Origin: Xylanibacter ruminicola 23
GTDB taxonomy: Bacteria; Bacteroidota; Bacteroidia; Bacteroidales; Bacteroidaceae
DNA length: 32,000 bases
Direction of reading: 5' to 3'
Assembly: GCF_000025925.1 (NCBI RefSeq)
Contig: NC_014033.1
Coordinates: 1,650,001-1,682,000, forward strand
The notes under the pieces were generated by a model that was not told the origin of the DNA, did not search any database, and saw only the letters and a program-made list of their open reading frames with translations. Below are positions 17,127-28,203 of the stretch, in pieces. Made by a program: the position numbers and the translations under genes. How positions within the stretch are numbered: the stretch's first letter is position 1; every line of letters begins with the position of its first letter.

Positions 17127-20100
17127 ACTTCACCATCACCTTCTTGCCATTCACGATGTAAACTCCCGCTGGCAATCCGCTGAATGTCGTCGTATTTGCT
17201 TTCACTTTGCGGCCTTGCAGATTGTAAACATCAAACGGCTTACCTTCTGATACCACAATGCCATTGATAGCATTCGTACCGATAGCATAGATTTTCTTGA
17301 AATCTTTCCATCCTTCGGCCTGCTTATAGGCATCAATACTTTCTGCTGGCACGTAGAGTATGCAAGTTTCCTTATTGACACCCTCGAATACCGAAGAACT
17401 GCCTCCAGCCCTCGTCAAAGCCCTGCGTGTAGCTGCGACTGCTGACAGATTGATGGGGGTTACGCAGTAAACAGTTATCGACTTCAAATTCGTACAACCA
17501 GCAAATGCTGATGCACCAATCGAAGTAATACTACTTGGGATAACAATACTGGTCAGATCTGTATTACTATCATAAGCGTTAGCTGCAATACCTGTTACTT
17601 TATAATCCGAACCATTCAGTTCAACGACCTCAGGAATAACGACGTCGCCCGACGCATCAAGTCCACTCCATATTTCCACCTCAGGAGTAGCATCTCCACC
17701 AGCAGGAACAATAATATTGTAAGCTCCAGTAGGATCATCCTCTACCGAAGTCGTAATTCCGAGAATGTTATTCGCAAACGGCTTCCAATCGGGATGATTC
17801 TTATAGGTATTAACAGCATCGTTAGGCACATTCACCGTCACATTAGCAGACGGGAACGCATCTGCGCCCAACTTGGCAGGCGATGAGCCTTCACAAGTAA
17901 TTGATACCAGGTTAACGCAACCTTCAAAGGCATTGGCTCCAATATTCTCAATACTCTTGGCAATGGTCAGCGCCTCAATATTCGACTTGCCCTTAAACAC
18001 GGCATCTCCAACCGAAGTCACAGTATATTCATCCTTGCCAATCTTGAATGTGCCATTGATTGTTACATTCTTGCCAACATTACCGACCCTTGTCAGCACA
18101 GCTTTCTTATCACCAGTCGAATAAACATAAGTCCATCCATCCACATCAGTTTGTTTACGTTCTCCCACAAATACATTCAGGAAATTCCACCCCCTGGCTT
18201 TATAATCACTTACATTATTAGAAGAAGGTATAAACAAAGTGGCATTGGTGTTGGCAAATACATTTGAAATAGAGATTGGATTCACAATTTTGCTCTCTAT
18301 CCACTTCAGCTTACTGCAAGCACTGAATACATCAGCATCGATATTCTCTACCCCAGCAGGAATAATCAGACTTGTAATAGTGTTTTTGTTAGCAAAAGCA
18401 GACTTACCAATGATTGCAACTGTATAGTTCTCACCAAGTTTAACCGAGCTAGGGATAACAACATCATTTGATGAAGCCGCGTACTTTCTTAGGATAGCCT
18501 TACACTTCCCGTCTATTTTCAGGCAATCGTAAGTGTTTCCATTGTCCACACAAACATCAACGAATTCTCCTTCTGCGACATACGAGACATTGTTCCATCC
18601 ACTTACATTATACTTTTCTTTTGCACCCTTTGGTATATATAATGTTGCATCATTGGGGAAGTAATTTGCCTCATTTTCGACAGGGTTCTCTATACTACTT
18701 GACACACGAGTGATAGCTTTACATCCGTCAAAAGCCTTCTGGCCAATGGTTGTCAACGTTGATGGTAGCCATACCGTCTTCAGATTACTGCAACTCTGGA
18801 AGGCATAGGCACCGATGGTGGTGATATTCTTAGCTATCTTCAGTTGCGTCATCTTACCCTTATTGGGGTTATTTTTAAATACCGACTCTGAAATTGTAGT
18901 AACTTTATATGATTCACCTTCAAACTCAACAGTTCCATCAATAGTAACAACTTCTTTGTCAACAGTTGTTCCAATCAAAGTGGCTGTACCAACGCCCTTC
19001 AGAAATTCGTAAGTCATACTGCCCACGGGAGCTGTTTTCTTTTCACCTTGAGCCCAGTTATCAAAATACATCCATCCTTCAGTATTCTTATACTCAGCCT
19101 TAGTAGATCCATCCTCGTCGTAAGGTATATATACCGTTGCATTCTCATAGATAGCCTTAGGGAATACATTCTTCTTAAAACTGAACAGATTATCTTTCGA
19201 TATTTTACTTGTAATGATTAATAGTTTTGTACATTGAGCAAAAACATTATCTGCAATACTCTTTAAAGATTCTGGCAAGACAATCGTTTCCACATTCTTA
19301 CAGTCTTTAAATGCATCTGTGCATATGGTAGTAACCATATACTTAGCTTCGTCATTTTTCAACTGTACGATACTCGGTATATCAACATTTTTAGTTGCAA
19401 CAACCTTAACTAACTGTGCTACCGTTTCATCCTTATCATTAATCACACATTCGAATGTCAGACCATTCAGACTTCTTTCATTTACAAAAGTTCCCTCTTT
19501 TCTTATCGGACATGCTTGCCATACTTCACTTGCATTATAGTCATCTATCGTACCACAAGGAACATATAAAGTTGAGGTAGACTTAAAGGCGGGGAATGCA
19601 TCAGAGCTCACGTTAGGAGATGCTAAAGGCGTTTTACGCATGGTACATAAATAATCTATTTCACTACAACCATAGAATGCCTTACCAGCAATGCTCTCCA
19701 ATGATTCGGGAAGCCATATTTTATTCAAGCCTATGCAACCTTGGAAAGCAGAAGCTCCGATTGACTGCACCTTCTCTCCTATCTTCAATGTCCTCATATC
19801 AGTGTTACCCTTAAAGGCATTCTCAGCTATAGCAACCACATTAAATGTGGTATTATTCTCGTCATTCTCATTTACTTTAAACGCTATAGAAGGAGGAATA
19901 ACAACATCCTCATTCATATCACTAGTCTTACCCTCAATCAATATTGCGACTTTATCTCCTGTCGCACATGTGTAATACAGGCCATCTGTACTCTGATATC
20001 GAGATCTGTCGCCCACAAGGATGTATGCAACATCCCATGTTGCCTTATAATCATTATACAAACCGGCATCTGCGATAAACAATATGGCATCAGGTTTCGA

Positions 20101-23100
20101 GAATGCGATACTGCTTGGATTAGCAATCTTGCTAACGATTTCTTTCAGGTTCGTGCAACCTTCAAAAGCATTCTCACTAATCGAAACAATATTCTCTCCA
20201 ATCTTTACCATTTTCACATCTGTATTATCCTTAAACACAGAGTTAGCGATAGAAATCACATTAAACTTTTTCTTATCCTCATCTGCCTCATTAACTTTGA
20301 ACTCTATAAAATCAGGGATAGTCACTGTGCCATTCTTATCAATGGCTTTATCCTTATCCCACACACCTATCAAGATAGCCTCACTGCCACCTGCTGTGAA
20401 TGAATAAACTAATCCATCTTCAAATTTTTTCTCTTGTCTATCTCCTACATATATATGATTTGATTTCCAACCTGCATCTACATACAAATTCTTAATATCG
20501 CTATCTGGAACATATAATAAGATATCAAACTGAGAAAGGGCGTTTAAATGCTTATTATAATCTATACAAATTATTTCTGAAAGATTGCTGCAATCTGAAA
20601 AAGCATTTTCGCCAACTATCTTCAGAGAAGTCTTAATCTCCAACCTTTTCAGATTAAGATTACCTCTAAACGCATCCTTACCAACGGCAATTACATCACA
20701 TTTAGCAGCATCATTTCCTTCTCCAAGAGTAACTTTAGAAGGTATGGTTACAATACCATCCTCATTAATACCATCCTTGGCAACCCCAATCAAGATGGCC
20801 TTGTTTCCGCTCTTTTCACTTATTGTATAGGCATATTCTAATCCATCTACATCAGGTGCAAACTTATAATCACCCTCAAGAGTATACAAGAAATCCCAAG
20901 CAGAATAAAGTTCTGCTGTACCATCTGGAACATATAATATAGCATTTGGAACTGATTGCGCACTTATTTTACTAAAAACATCAGAATCCTTAGTTTTACT
21001 GATTACCTCAGTTAAGCTACTGCAACCATCAAAAATATCGACCCCAAGATTGGTTAGCGATGCAGGCAACTCAATCTTCTTAATACTGCTACAGTTCTGG
21101 AATGCTTGCTCTTTAATTTCCTTTATTCCATTTGGCAAAACCATGCTCTCAAGATTAGTATTGCCATTAAAGGCATTAACTCCAATATGTGTCAGTGTAT
21201 TGGGGAATTCAATCTGTGTCAAGCCAGCACAGCCACTGAAAGCATCGTCACCAATCTTCTCAAGGTTCTGAGAGAGTGTGATACTCTCAAGTTTATTATC
21301 TCCCTTAAAAGTAGCTGTACTAATATTCGTAAGATTCGAAGGGAGCTTGACTTCTTCCAAATTTGTACAGTTTTGGAAAGCATAAGCCCCAACAACTTTT
21401 ATTGTAGATGGCAATTCTGCCTTTGTAATATTTTTATTGTTCTCGAACGCATATTCAGCAATAGTTGTTACATTATAGTCATTATTTCCCAATGGAATTT
21501 TATCAGGGATGACTACATCATCACTCGATGATGTTAATATCGCAGATTTACCATTGACGTCCTCAACACATATATAATTAACGTCTTTATAATTAAAAGC
21601 ATCGATAAATTCGCCCTCAAATACTTGATCCCTTTCTTCTACAAACTTATGCCAATACTTATTTTGCAAATACGCATCCTTTCTTTCAGAATGTACAATT
21701 AAATATGCAGAATATTTGGGGAATGTAGATTCACTGATGATTGGGACTTTATTAGCCAAACAACCAATATGTGTAATAGAATTACATCCTCTGAAAGCAT
21801 TGTCGCCAATTTTAACCAAAGAATATGGAAGCCAGACTATCTTAAGATTATTACAGCCATCAAAAGCATTGGCACTGATTGTCTGGACACCATCCTGTAT
21901 TTCCAATTTCTTGATTTTCGACTTATCTACATTTTTAAATATATCCTGTCCAATAGTATTCACCTCATAATACTTATTATCATATTTAACCGTACCAGGA
22001 ACTTTTATCAGGCCATCTTCATCATCCACAGCCTCTATGGATGTGATGTTTGTCAAAGTCGCCTTTTTAGCACCTGTTAAAAATTCAAATACCATTGTGG
22101 GATAATCTTCAGCAGGCGTATTAGGAATTCTTCTTCCTTCAACATAATAAGCCGAATAAGCCTTCCAACCATCTTGACCCTGATAAGCAGATATTGATCC
22201 TTCCGGAACAAAAACCTCTGTTTGTGTATTGAAAGACGCAGGGAATATATTATCATTGTATTGTATCAGGTTGCCATCTATGTCTTTATCTATATCGCAA
22301 TAGATGGTCTTTAATGCCACACTGTTGCAGAATGCACCAGCGCCAATTTCAGTAAGTGACGATGGCAGTGTCAATTCTGTCAAGCCAGTACAACCACTAA
22401 AAGCATTTTCGCCGATGGTATTAACTCCCTCTGGAATAGTCAGAATTTTAATACTATTATTCTTAGTACTACTGAATGCGGAAGCTGCAATAGTCTTCAC
22501 AAACTTTCTGCCATAATCGGCATCGTCTATGAATTCATCAACATCAACACTATTACTTGTAGCTTCAGCCTTTATCAATGTGGCTTCCGATTCACCTGTT
22601 GCATATTCATAAGTCAAACCAGTAGCGGTAGTTGGCGTGATTCTTAATCCTTTATAGATTAATGGGAATTTCTTCCATTCTACGGCATTAGCGCCATCAC
22701 CAGTATAGGCTTCAAACGAAGTCTCTGGCACATAGAGTGCAGCGAGAATTTGCCCGCTCGTTGTTTTATAGAACACATTATCACTGATAGATAGTGGATT
22801 TGCAATCTTACATGAAACATTTTTCAAGTTTGTACAAGTAGCAAAAGCATTATCTCCAATAGATTCAATACGCTCAGGTATTGTAAGATTCTCAAGTTTA
22901 CTGCTACTACCGAACGCAGATTCGTCGATGATTGTTACGGTATAAGTATTACCATTAATTGAAACTGTAGGCGGAATCACTACATCTGCTTTCGAAGTAG
23001 TCGATTTAGTCAGTATTGCCGTACCAGGAACATATTCACCTTCATCATTCTTATGGTCCAAACAGATAAATGATAATGGCTGATCAGCATCATCTGTCGA

Positions 23101-26100
23101 TTTTACATTAATAAATTTTCCCTCAAAGATTTTTCTTCCACCTTGTATCCAATAGTCTTTATTCACATAGTCATTCTTAGCACCATCGGGAACTAGTAGA
23201 TAAATTGTATTGGTTGTTTGAGGGAACGAATTATCGCTAATGTCTGCAGGAGTTTCCGCCATACATCCTATATGTGTAATAGCCGTGCAGCCCTTAAAGG
23301 CTTCAGCTCCTATGCTCGTTAGAGTTGAAGGGAGCCAAATTGTTTCTAGTTTTCCACAACCATCAAATGCATTGGCATCGATGATGGTTTGAATATATTT
23401 TTGCGGATCATCTTGAGGTCTTTGTATCTCAAGTTTCTTAATCTTCGATTTATCAACATTTCTGAAAACGCTTCCACCTATCTTCTTTACTGTATAGGTT
23501 TTGCCATCATAAAGAACATTACCAGGTATTCTTACTAGACCATCCTCTGTAACATCAAGTTCAGTTACATATTTCAATGTCGCAGTATGATCACCCGTCA
23601 TAAACTCGAAGGTCATTTTTGCATAATCACCATCGGCTTTTGCTTCAGGAATTCTTCTTCCTTCTATATAATTATCAAAATAAGTTTTCCAACCATCTTG
23701 CCCCTGATAAGCAGATATTGATCCTTCTGGAATAAATATTTCAGTTTTAACATTGAATGATGCAGGGAATATATTATCATTGTATTCTATCAGTTTACCA
23801 TCTATGTCTTTATTTATATCGCAATAGATGGTCTTTAATGCTACACTGTTACAGAATGCACCAGCGCCAATTTCAGTAAGTGTCGATGGCAGTGTCAATT
23901 CTGTCAAACCAGTACAACCACTAAAAGCATTTTCGCCGATGGTATTAATTCCCTCTTGAATAGTCAGAGTTTTAATAATATTATTCTTAGTACTACTGAA
24001 TGCAGAAGAAGCAATAACCTTCACATACTTTCTGCCATAATTGGCATCATCTATGAATTCATTAACAGTAACACTATTACTTGTAGCTTCGGCATTAATC
24101 AATGTTGCTTCTGATTCACCTGTTGCATATTCATAAGTCAGGCCTATTTCTGTAGTAGGCGTGATTCTTAATCCTTTATGGATTAATGGGAATTTCTGCC
24201 ATTCCACGGCATTAGCGCCATCACCAGTATAAGTTTCAAACGAAGTCTCTGGCACATAGAGTGCTGCTGGGATTTTTCCTAATGTTGTTTTATAGAACAC
24301 ATTATCACTGATAAAAAGTGGACTCTGTATCTTACATACTACATTTTTCAAATTTGTACAAGTAGCAAAAGCTTTATCTCCAATAGCCTCAATACTCTCC
24401 GGTATTGTTAGATTCTCAAGTTTACTGCTACCACCGAACGCAGATTCGTCGATGATTGTTACATTATATGGCTGGTCATCAAAAGTAACTTTTGCGGGGA
24501 TATCCACCTCAGCAATCGATGTTGTTGACTTTGTTAATATCGCAGTTCGTGTGATATTACTTACATTTTCACCTTCATCATTCTGTGTTACTGTTTCATG
24601 TTCCAAACAAATAAAAGTCAAAGGCCTGTCATCATCGTCTTTAGCTTTCTCATTCACGAATCTGCCCTTAAAGATTTTCTTGCCCTGCTTCCAATAGGTA
24701 TTATTGGCATAGGCATCCCCTGCTTCATCAGGAACAAGCAGATAAACGGGATTAGTTGTTTGAGCAAATGAGTTTTCGCTGATTGATGGTGGAGCTACAG
24801 CATTACATCCAATATGGGTAATAGCTGTACAGCCATTAAAAGCATTAACGCCGATGTTCTCCAATGTTGAAGGAAGCCAAACTTTATTCAAGCCAGTGCA
24901 TCCCGCAAATGCACTCTCCCCAATAGATGTAATATCAGCAACAATCTTAAGATTCTTAATTTTATTTTTTTCTGTTGTATTCTTGCACGCATTATCTCGC
25001 ACTCCAATTACACGATAGTCATTTCCAAGAATAGTAACATAAGGTTGAATTTCAAGAATATCTTTACCTTCTGGGGCACGCAACACATGAGTCAATATAG
25101 CCGTGTTGTTATTTGTAAAGAACTCATATTGCATGTTTGGGTCATTATCATCAGGGCAATTATCCTTATCACCCTCAATATACTTATCCTTAAATCTTAC
25201 CCAGCCACCTTTATTCACATCGATATAATCGTCATAGGCACCCTCTGGAATAAAGAAGCTAACCAGTGGTATTGGGTTGGAGAATACGGTTGGAGCAATA
25301 ATGGGCAAATCCAAACCAGGGATTTTACTTACGATGGTAACAATAGGACACTCGTCGAATGCCATATCACCGATAGACTTGATGCTGGCTGGTAATTTTA
25401 ATTCTTTCAAATTCGTACAGCCTTTAAATGCCATCTCACCAACATAGTTTATACCATCACCAATTTCCAACTTTTTCAAAGTCGTTTTATTTGTGAGTCC
25501 ATTATTTATGAATGCTATTTTCTTTACCTCCAAATCTTTAGTTGAATTATCCGCAGGTATAAAAACTTGTATCTCATGGGGTAAAGCTATCTCTTCTTTT
25601 TTAACCTGCAGACCTATCAATTTTGCTTTTTTACCTTTTGAACCATATAGCAGGGTGTATAATTCATCTTTATCCTTTCCCACTATTTTAAGTCCTTCAT
25701 AAGTGTTTTCTTCTTTAAAATTATTCCAACCGTCAGTTGTTAAATAACCAGTCGCATTTGGAACAAACAATGAAGCTGAATAATTTGAGAATACGTCATC
25801 TGTTATAGGGAAAGGACTACTTTCTATTTCAATGTCTGTAATGTTTGTGCAACCGTTAAAAGCTTCTGCATCAATTGCTGTCAGTGTGTTTGGCAATTTA
25901 ATACTATTAATACTGGTGCATTTTTTGAAAGCCGCCACACCAATAACAGCTATTGAGTATGATTCATTACCTGAAACTGGAGAATTAATTACCAAATCAG
26001 ATTTTCCAGATACAGGTACGCCTCTTACTAAAGCGGCTGTTTTTGAGCCTTCTCTACTCCAGCCAATATAAGTACCGGCATAAGTTTCCTCGTTACTCTT

Positions 26101-28143
26101 GAAAACCTCGATTTTTTCGCCATCAAAATATTTTGTACGGAATCCCCATCCATTGTGAGAATGGTTTGCATACAAAGTGGCGTTTACATTTGTAGATGGA
26201 AAAGCATTTGAAGCAAAAACATCAGGAGATGTACTTCTACATATGATATGATTCAGAGAAGAACAACCTTTGAATGCATTTCCATATACAAATTTAAGTT
26301 GCGATGGAAGGTTTACTATACGCAAATTCAAACAATTATTAAATGCATCACTTCCGATAACAAGATAAGGGGCTGACGATTCTTTATCATCTTCGAACGT
26401 CAACGTATAACATTTTGCATTATTGAAAACACTATTATCAACAGCAACAACCTTATACTGCCCAAGAGTCTTAGGTATAACAAGATCAACAGTTTCTTTA
26501 CTACCACCAGTTATTATAGCTTCTTTTGAGTCTGTCGAATATATATACTTCCAATCACCATCACTATCAGCAACTGGAGTGCCTTCCATTGTTAAAGCGA
26601 ATCCCGTCCAATTATAGTTTCCCTTTTTACCATTAGGAACATAAAGATATCTTGCATTGTTAAATGTTCCACTATAATCGGGCTGTATTGCAGCTTTACT
26701 TACGACTCTAACAAGTCCAGAGCAGCCACTAAATGCATTCGCACCGATAGCAGTAACATTTTCAGGGATAGTCAATTCTATTATTCCTGATTGGTTTTTA
26801 AAAGCTTCCTTGTCTATACCAGTAACTTTATAAGTTTGGGGAATTTCAACAATTCCACTTGCAGTGCATCGTAACAATGTCGCCTGTTTATCAGCATCAT
26901 TAGAAGCGTTAACGCAAACAAAAGTAAATTTGTTATTACCTTTATAAACATCATCAGTTAACATATCGCCAATAAAAATTCTGGCACCGAAAAAAGTCTT
27001 CCACGTATCATTCACATAGTCTTCTTTAGGAGCATAAAGAGTCATCATTGGATTAGCAGTAGCAGGAGGAAAACTATATTTATTGTTTGATGCATCGCAA
27101 ACAATAAGTATATCTTCCGCTTTCTGAACTTTACACCACACATGTTTTAAATTGCTGCAGCCAACAAAAGCATTTATACCAATTGTTCTCAAACTCGCAG
27201 GCAATGTAAGCAGTTCCAATTGGGCACAATTCTGGAAAGCAGACTCTCCTATCGAAATTAGTGAAGTAGGGAGAGTCAAAGAGTTTAAATTTGTCCAGTT
27301 GTAAAAAGCCCGATTACAAATTGTTTCTATACCATTCTGAATTTCAAGAGTATTGAAACTTACAAATGGATTGGTATTATTGTTTTCAAAAGCATAACTT
27401 CCGATACATACAACATCATAATCTTCCTTATTATTCTCATCTAAAACTCTTTCTACTTTGTTCTTTACAGTTATCTTGCCTGGGGTTTCTATAGAATTCG
27501 CACCCGATAACAAAGTCGCTTTTTTATCAACACTTGCACCCACATATGTAGTTCCGTCTTTCGTAAAATAATTCATATCGCCCACATATATTCTATTACC
27601 AAATATATTATTCCAATCTGTAACTAACGAATATGCAGACTTCGCTTCGGATGATGGAACATAAAGTGTTGCATAATTATTATTATTAAGAGAATTGGGG
27701 AATTTTTTTAGGATAAACTCCTGTGGTGTATTCTTAGCACATCGCACATGAGTCAAACGACCACAGCCTCCAAACGCATTTGTACCAATAGATTCCAAAC
27801 TATTGGGTAAATCTAGCAATTGTAAGTTTGAATTGTTACTAAATGCATCTTTTCCTATCGTCTTGACATTTTCCTCAATCTTTAAATATCTGATAGAAGA
27901 ATTGTCTTTAAAAGCACCCTCTCCAATAGCGGTTACATCAACACCTCCTGCTACAGGGATAGTACTAGGAATCACAACTTCCCTTTCTGGAAAGCTCTTT
28001 CCATCTACCAACGTTGCCCTTGTACCTTCATTATCAGTGATATACTGATATTTAATTCCTGTATCAGGATCCGTATAATCACTTTGGGCCATAATGGTCA
28101 TCGAGGTTAGTAAACTAAGCAATAAAAAAAGACTCTTCTTCAT
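17125..28143 (-). CDS. Giant BspA-type leucine-rich-repeat (LRR_5) surface protein with T9SS C-terminal sorting domain
   Basis: Continuous 11-kb ORF, 3,679 aa from the ATG at 28164. The ATG at 28143 gives the signal peptide MKKSLFLLLSLLTSMTIMAQS and is preferred because the -7 box ends at 28172. About 22 modules have the form V..IG..AF..C..L..(I/V).LP.SL..IG..AF.GC..L, each ending in ATLYVP....Y....W. The C-terminus FDVYNLQGRKVKANTTTFSGLPAGVYIVNGKKVMVK resembles a type-A T9SS CTD. Confidence 0.93.
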   Translation of the reverse strand: MKKSLFLLLSLLTSMTIMAQSDYTDPDTGIKYQYITDNEGTRATLVDGKSFPEREVVIPSTIPVAGGVDVTAIGEGAFKDNSSIRYLKIEENVKTIGKDAFSNNSNLQLLDLPNSLESIGTNAFGGCGRLTHVRCAKNTPQEFILKKFPNSLNNNNYATLYVPSSEAKSAYSLVTDWNNIFGNRIYVGDMNYFTKDGTTYVGASVDKKATLLSGANSIETPGKITVKNKVERVLDENNKEDYDVVCIGSYAFENNNTNPFVSFNTLEIQNGIETICNRAFYNWTNLNSLTLPTSLISIGESAFQNCAQLELLTLPASLRTIGINAFVGCSNLKHVWCKVQKAEDILIVCDASNNKYSFPPATANPMMTLYAPKEDYVNDTWKTFFGARIFIGDMLTDDVYKGNNKFTFVCVNASNDADKQATLLRCTASGIVEIPQTYKVTGIDKEAFKNQSGIIELTIPENVTAIGANAFSGCSGLVRVVSKAAIQPDYSGTFNNARYLYVPNGKKGNYNWTGFALTMEGTPVADSDGDWKYIYSTDSKEAIITGGSKETVDLVIPKTLGQYKVVAVDNSVFNNAKCYTLTFEDDKESSAPYLVIGSDAFNNCLNLRIVNLPSQLKFVYGNAFKGCSSLNHIICRSTSPDVFASNAFPSTNVNATLYANHSHNGWGFRTKYFDGEKIEVFKSNEETYAGTYIGWSREGSKTAALVRGVPVSGKSDLVINSPVSGNESYSIAVIGVAAFKKCTSINSIKLPNTLTAIDAEAFNGCTNITDIEIESSPFPITDDVFSNYSASLFVPNATGYLTTDGWNNFKEENTYEGLKIVGKDKDELYTLLYGSKGKKAKLIGLQVKKEEIALPHEIQVFIPADNSTKDLEVKKIAFINNGLTNKTTLKKLEIGDGINYVGEMAFKGCTNLKELKLPASIKSIGDMAFDECPIVTIVSKIPGLDLPIIAPTVFSNPIPLVSFFIPEGAYDDYIDVNKGGWVRFKDKYIEGDKDNCPDDNDPNMQYEFFTNNNTAILTHVLRAPEGKDILEIQPYVTILGNDYRVIGVRDNACKNTTEKNKIKNLKIVADITSIGESAFAGCTGLNKVWLPSTLENIGVNAFNGCTAITHIGCNAVAPPSISENSFAQTTNPVYLLVPDEAGDAYANNTYWKQGKKIFKGRFVNEKAKDDDDRPLTFICLEHETVTQNDEGENVSNITRTAILTKSTTSIAEVDIPAKVTFDDQPYNVTIIDESAFGGSSKLENLTIPESIEAIGDKAFATCTNLKNVVCKIQSPLFISDNVFYKTTLGKIPAALYVPETSFETYTGDGANAVEWQKFPLIHKGLRITPTTEIGLTYEYATGESEATLINAEATSNSVTVNEFIDDANYGRKYVKVIASSAFSSTKNNIIKTLTIQEGINTIGENAFSGCTGLTELTLPSTLTEIGAGAFCNSVALKTIYCDINKDIDGKLIEYNDNIFPASFNVKTEIFIPEGSISAYQGQDGWKTYFDNYIEGRRIPEAKADGDYAKMTFEFMTGDHTATLKYVTELDVTEDGLVRIPGNVLYDGKTYTVKKIGGSVFRNVDKSKIKKLEIQRPQDDPQKYIQTIIDANAFDGCGKLETIWLPSTLTSIGAEAFKGCTAITHIGCMAETPADISDNSFPQTTNTIYLLVPDGAKNDYVNKDYWIQGGRKIFEGKFINVKSTDDADQPLSFICLDHKNDEGEYVPGTAILTKSTTSKADVVIPPTVSINGNTYTVTIIDESAFGSSSKLENLTIPERIESIGDNAFATCTNLKNVSCKIANPLSISDNVFYKTTSGQILAALYVPETSFEAYTGDGANAVEWKKFPLIYKGLRITPTTATGLTYEYATGESEATLIKAEATSNSVDVDEFIDDADYGRKFVKTIAASAFSSTKNNSIKILTIPEGVNTIGENAFSGCTGLTELTLPSSLTEIGAGAFCNSVALKTIYCDIDKDIDGNLIQYNDNIFPASFNTQTEVFVPEGSISAYQGQDGWKAYSAYYVEGRRIPNTPAEDYPTMVFEFLTGAKKATLTNITSIEAVDDEDGLIKVPGTVKYDNKYYEVNTIGQDIFKNVDKSKIKKLEIQDGVQTISANAFDGCNNLKIVWLPYSLVKIGDNAFRGCNSITHIGCLANKVPIISESTFPKYSAYLIVHSERKDAYLQNKYWHKFVEERDQVFEGEFIDAFNYKDVNYICVEDVNGKSAILTSSSDDVVIPDKIPLGNNDYNVTTIAEYAFENNKNITKAELPSTIKVVGAYAFQNCTNLEEVKLPSNLTNISTATFKGDNKLESITLSQNLEKIGDDAFSGCAGLTQIEFPNTLTHIGVNAFNGNTNLESMVLPNGIKEIKEQAFQNCSSIKKIELPASLTNLGVDIFDGCSSLTEVISKTKDSDVFSKISAQSVPNAILYVPDGTAELYSAWDFLYTLEGDYKFAPDVDGLEYAYTISEKSGNKAILIGVAKDGINEDGIVTIPSKVTLGEGNDAAKCDVIAVGKDAFRGNLNLKRLEIKTSLKIVGENAFSDCSNLSEIICIDYNKHLNALSQFDILLYVPDSDIKNLYVDAGWKSNHIYVGDRQEKKFEDGLVYSFTAGGSEAILIGVWDKDKAIDKNGTVTIPDFIEFKVNEADEDKKKFNVISIANSVFKDNTDVKMVKIGENIVSISENAFEGCTNLKEIVSKIANPSSIAFSKPDAILFIADAGLYNDYKATWDVAYILVGDRSRYQSTDGLYYTCATGDKVAILIEGKTSDMNEDVVIPPSIAFKVNENDENNTTFNVVAIAENAFKGNTDMRTLKIGEKVQSIGASAFQGCIGLNKIWLPESLESIAGKAFYGCSEIDYLCTMRKTPLASPNVSSDAFPAFKSTSTLYVPCGTIDDYNASEVWQACPIRKEGTFVNERSLNGLTFECVINDKDETVAQLVKVVATKNVDIPSIVQLKNDEAKYMVTTICTDAFKDCKNVETIVLPESLKSIADNVFAQCTKLLIITSKISKDNLFSFKKNVFPKAIYENATVYIPYDEDGSTKAEYKNTEGWMYFDNWAQGEKKTAPVGSMTYEFLKGVGTATLIGTTVDKEVVTIDGTVEFEGESYKVTTISESVFKNNPNKGKMTQLKIAKNITTIGAYAFQSCSNLKTVWLPSTLTTIGQKAFDGCKAITRVSSSIENPVENEANYFPNDATLYIPKGAKEKYNVSGWNNVSYVAEGEFVDVCVDNGNTYDCLKIDGKCKAILRKYAASSNDVVIPSSVKLGENYTVAIIGKSAFANKNTITSLIIPAGVENIDADVFSACSKLKWIESKIVNPISISNVFANTNATLFIPSSNNVSDYKARGWNFLNVFVGERKQTDVDGWTYVYSTGDKKAVLTRVGNVGKNVTINGTFKIGKDEYTVTSVGDAVFKGKSNIEALTIAKSIENIGANAFEGCVNLVSITCEGSSPAKLGADAFPSANVTVNVPNDAVNTYKNHPDWKPFANNILGITTSVEDDPTGAYNIIVPAGGDATPEVEIWSGLDASGDVVIPEVVELNGSDYKVTGIAANAYDSNTDLTSIVIPSSITSIGASAFAGCTNLKSITVYCVTPINLSAVAATRRALTRAGGSSSVFEGVNKETCILYVPAESIDAYKQAEGWKDFKKIYAIGTNAINGIVVSEGKPFDVYNLQGRKVKANTTTFSGLPAGVYIVNGKKVMVK
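21918..24962 (-). repeat. In-frame tandem duplication inside the LRR gene: two units of 1,524 and 1,521 nt
   Basis: Unit boundaries fall at the repeated peptide NVDKSK|IKKLEIQ (encoded at 21909-21917 and 23433-23441) and TEKNK|IKNLKIV (~24954-24962). For example, 22257-22740 aligns with 23781-24264 at a constant offset of 1,524 nt with only scattered substitutions. A more diverged partial third unit continues below 21917. Confidence 0.85.
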
Positions 28144-28171
28144 ATCTATAGCGTTTTTATACATTTGGGGA

Positions 28172-28203
28172 CAAAGGTAAGAAAAATATCGATGTTTCCC
28201 AAA
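28172..28203 (-). promoter_or_regulatory. Promoter of the giant LRR gene
   Basis: The minus strand reads AAAATTTGG with TTTG at 28200-28203, a 20-nt spacer, then TACCTTTG at 28172-28179. This is the same architecture as the promoters at 14466 and 14986. Confidence 0.6.

Noticed and set aside
17873-28048. About 25 plus-strand ORFs of 62-141 aa (e.g. 21106-21531, 25045-25395, 20084-20407) antisense to the giant LRR gene
   Set aside because: All are embedded opposite a continuous 11-kb ORF with clear LRR_5 and T9SS-CTD features. Their products are low-complexity Ser/Leu/Ile/Phe-rich mirror translations that recur because the sense gene is repetitive. None has a promoter box or recognisable motif.
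28124-28130. A7/T7 homopolymer within the signal-peptide codons of the giant gene (also T7 at 24965-24971), considered as a slipped-strand phase-variation tract
   Set aside because: Seven bases is short for efficient slippage, and such runs are expected in AT-rich coding sequence with Phe/Lys codons. It cannot be supported from a single sequence.
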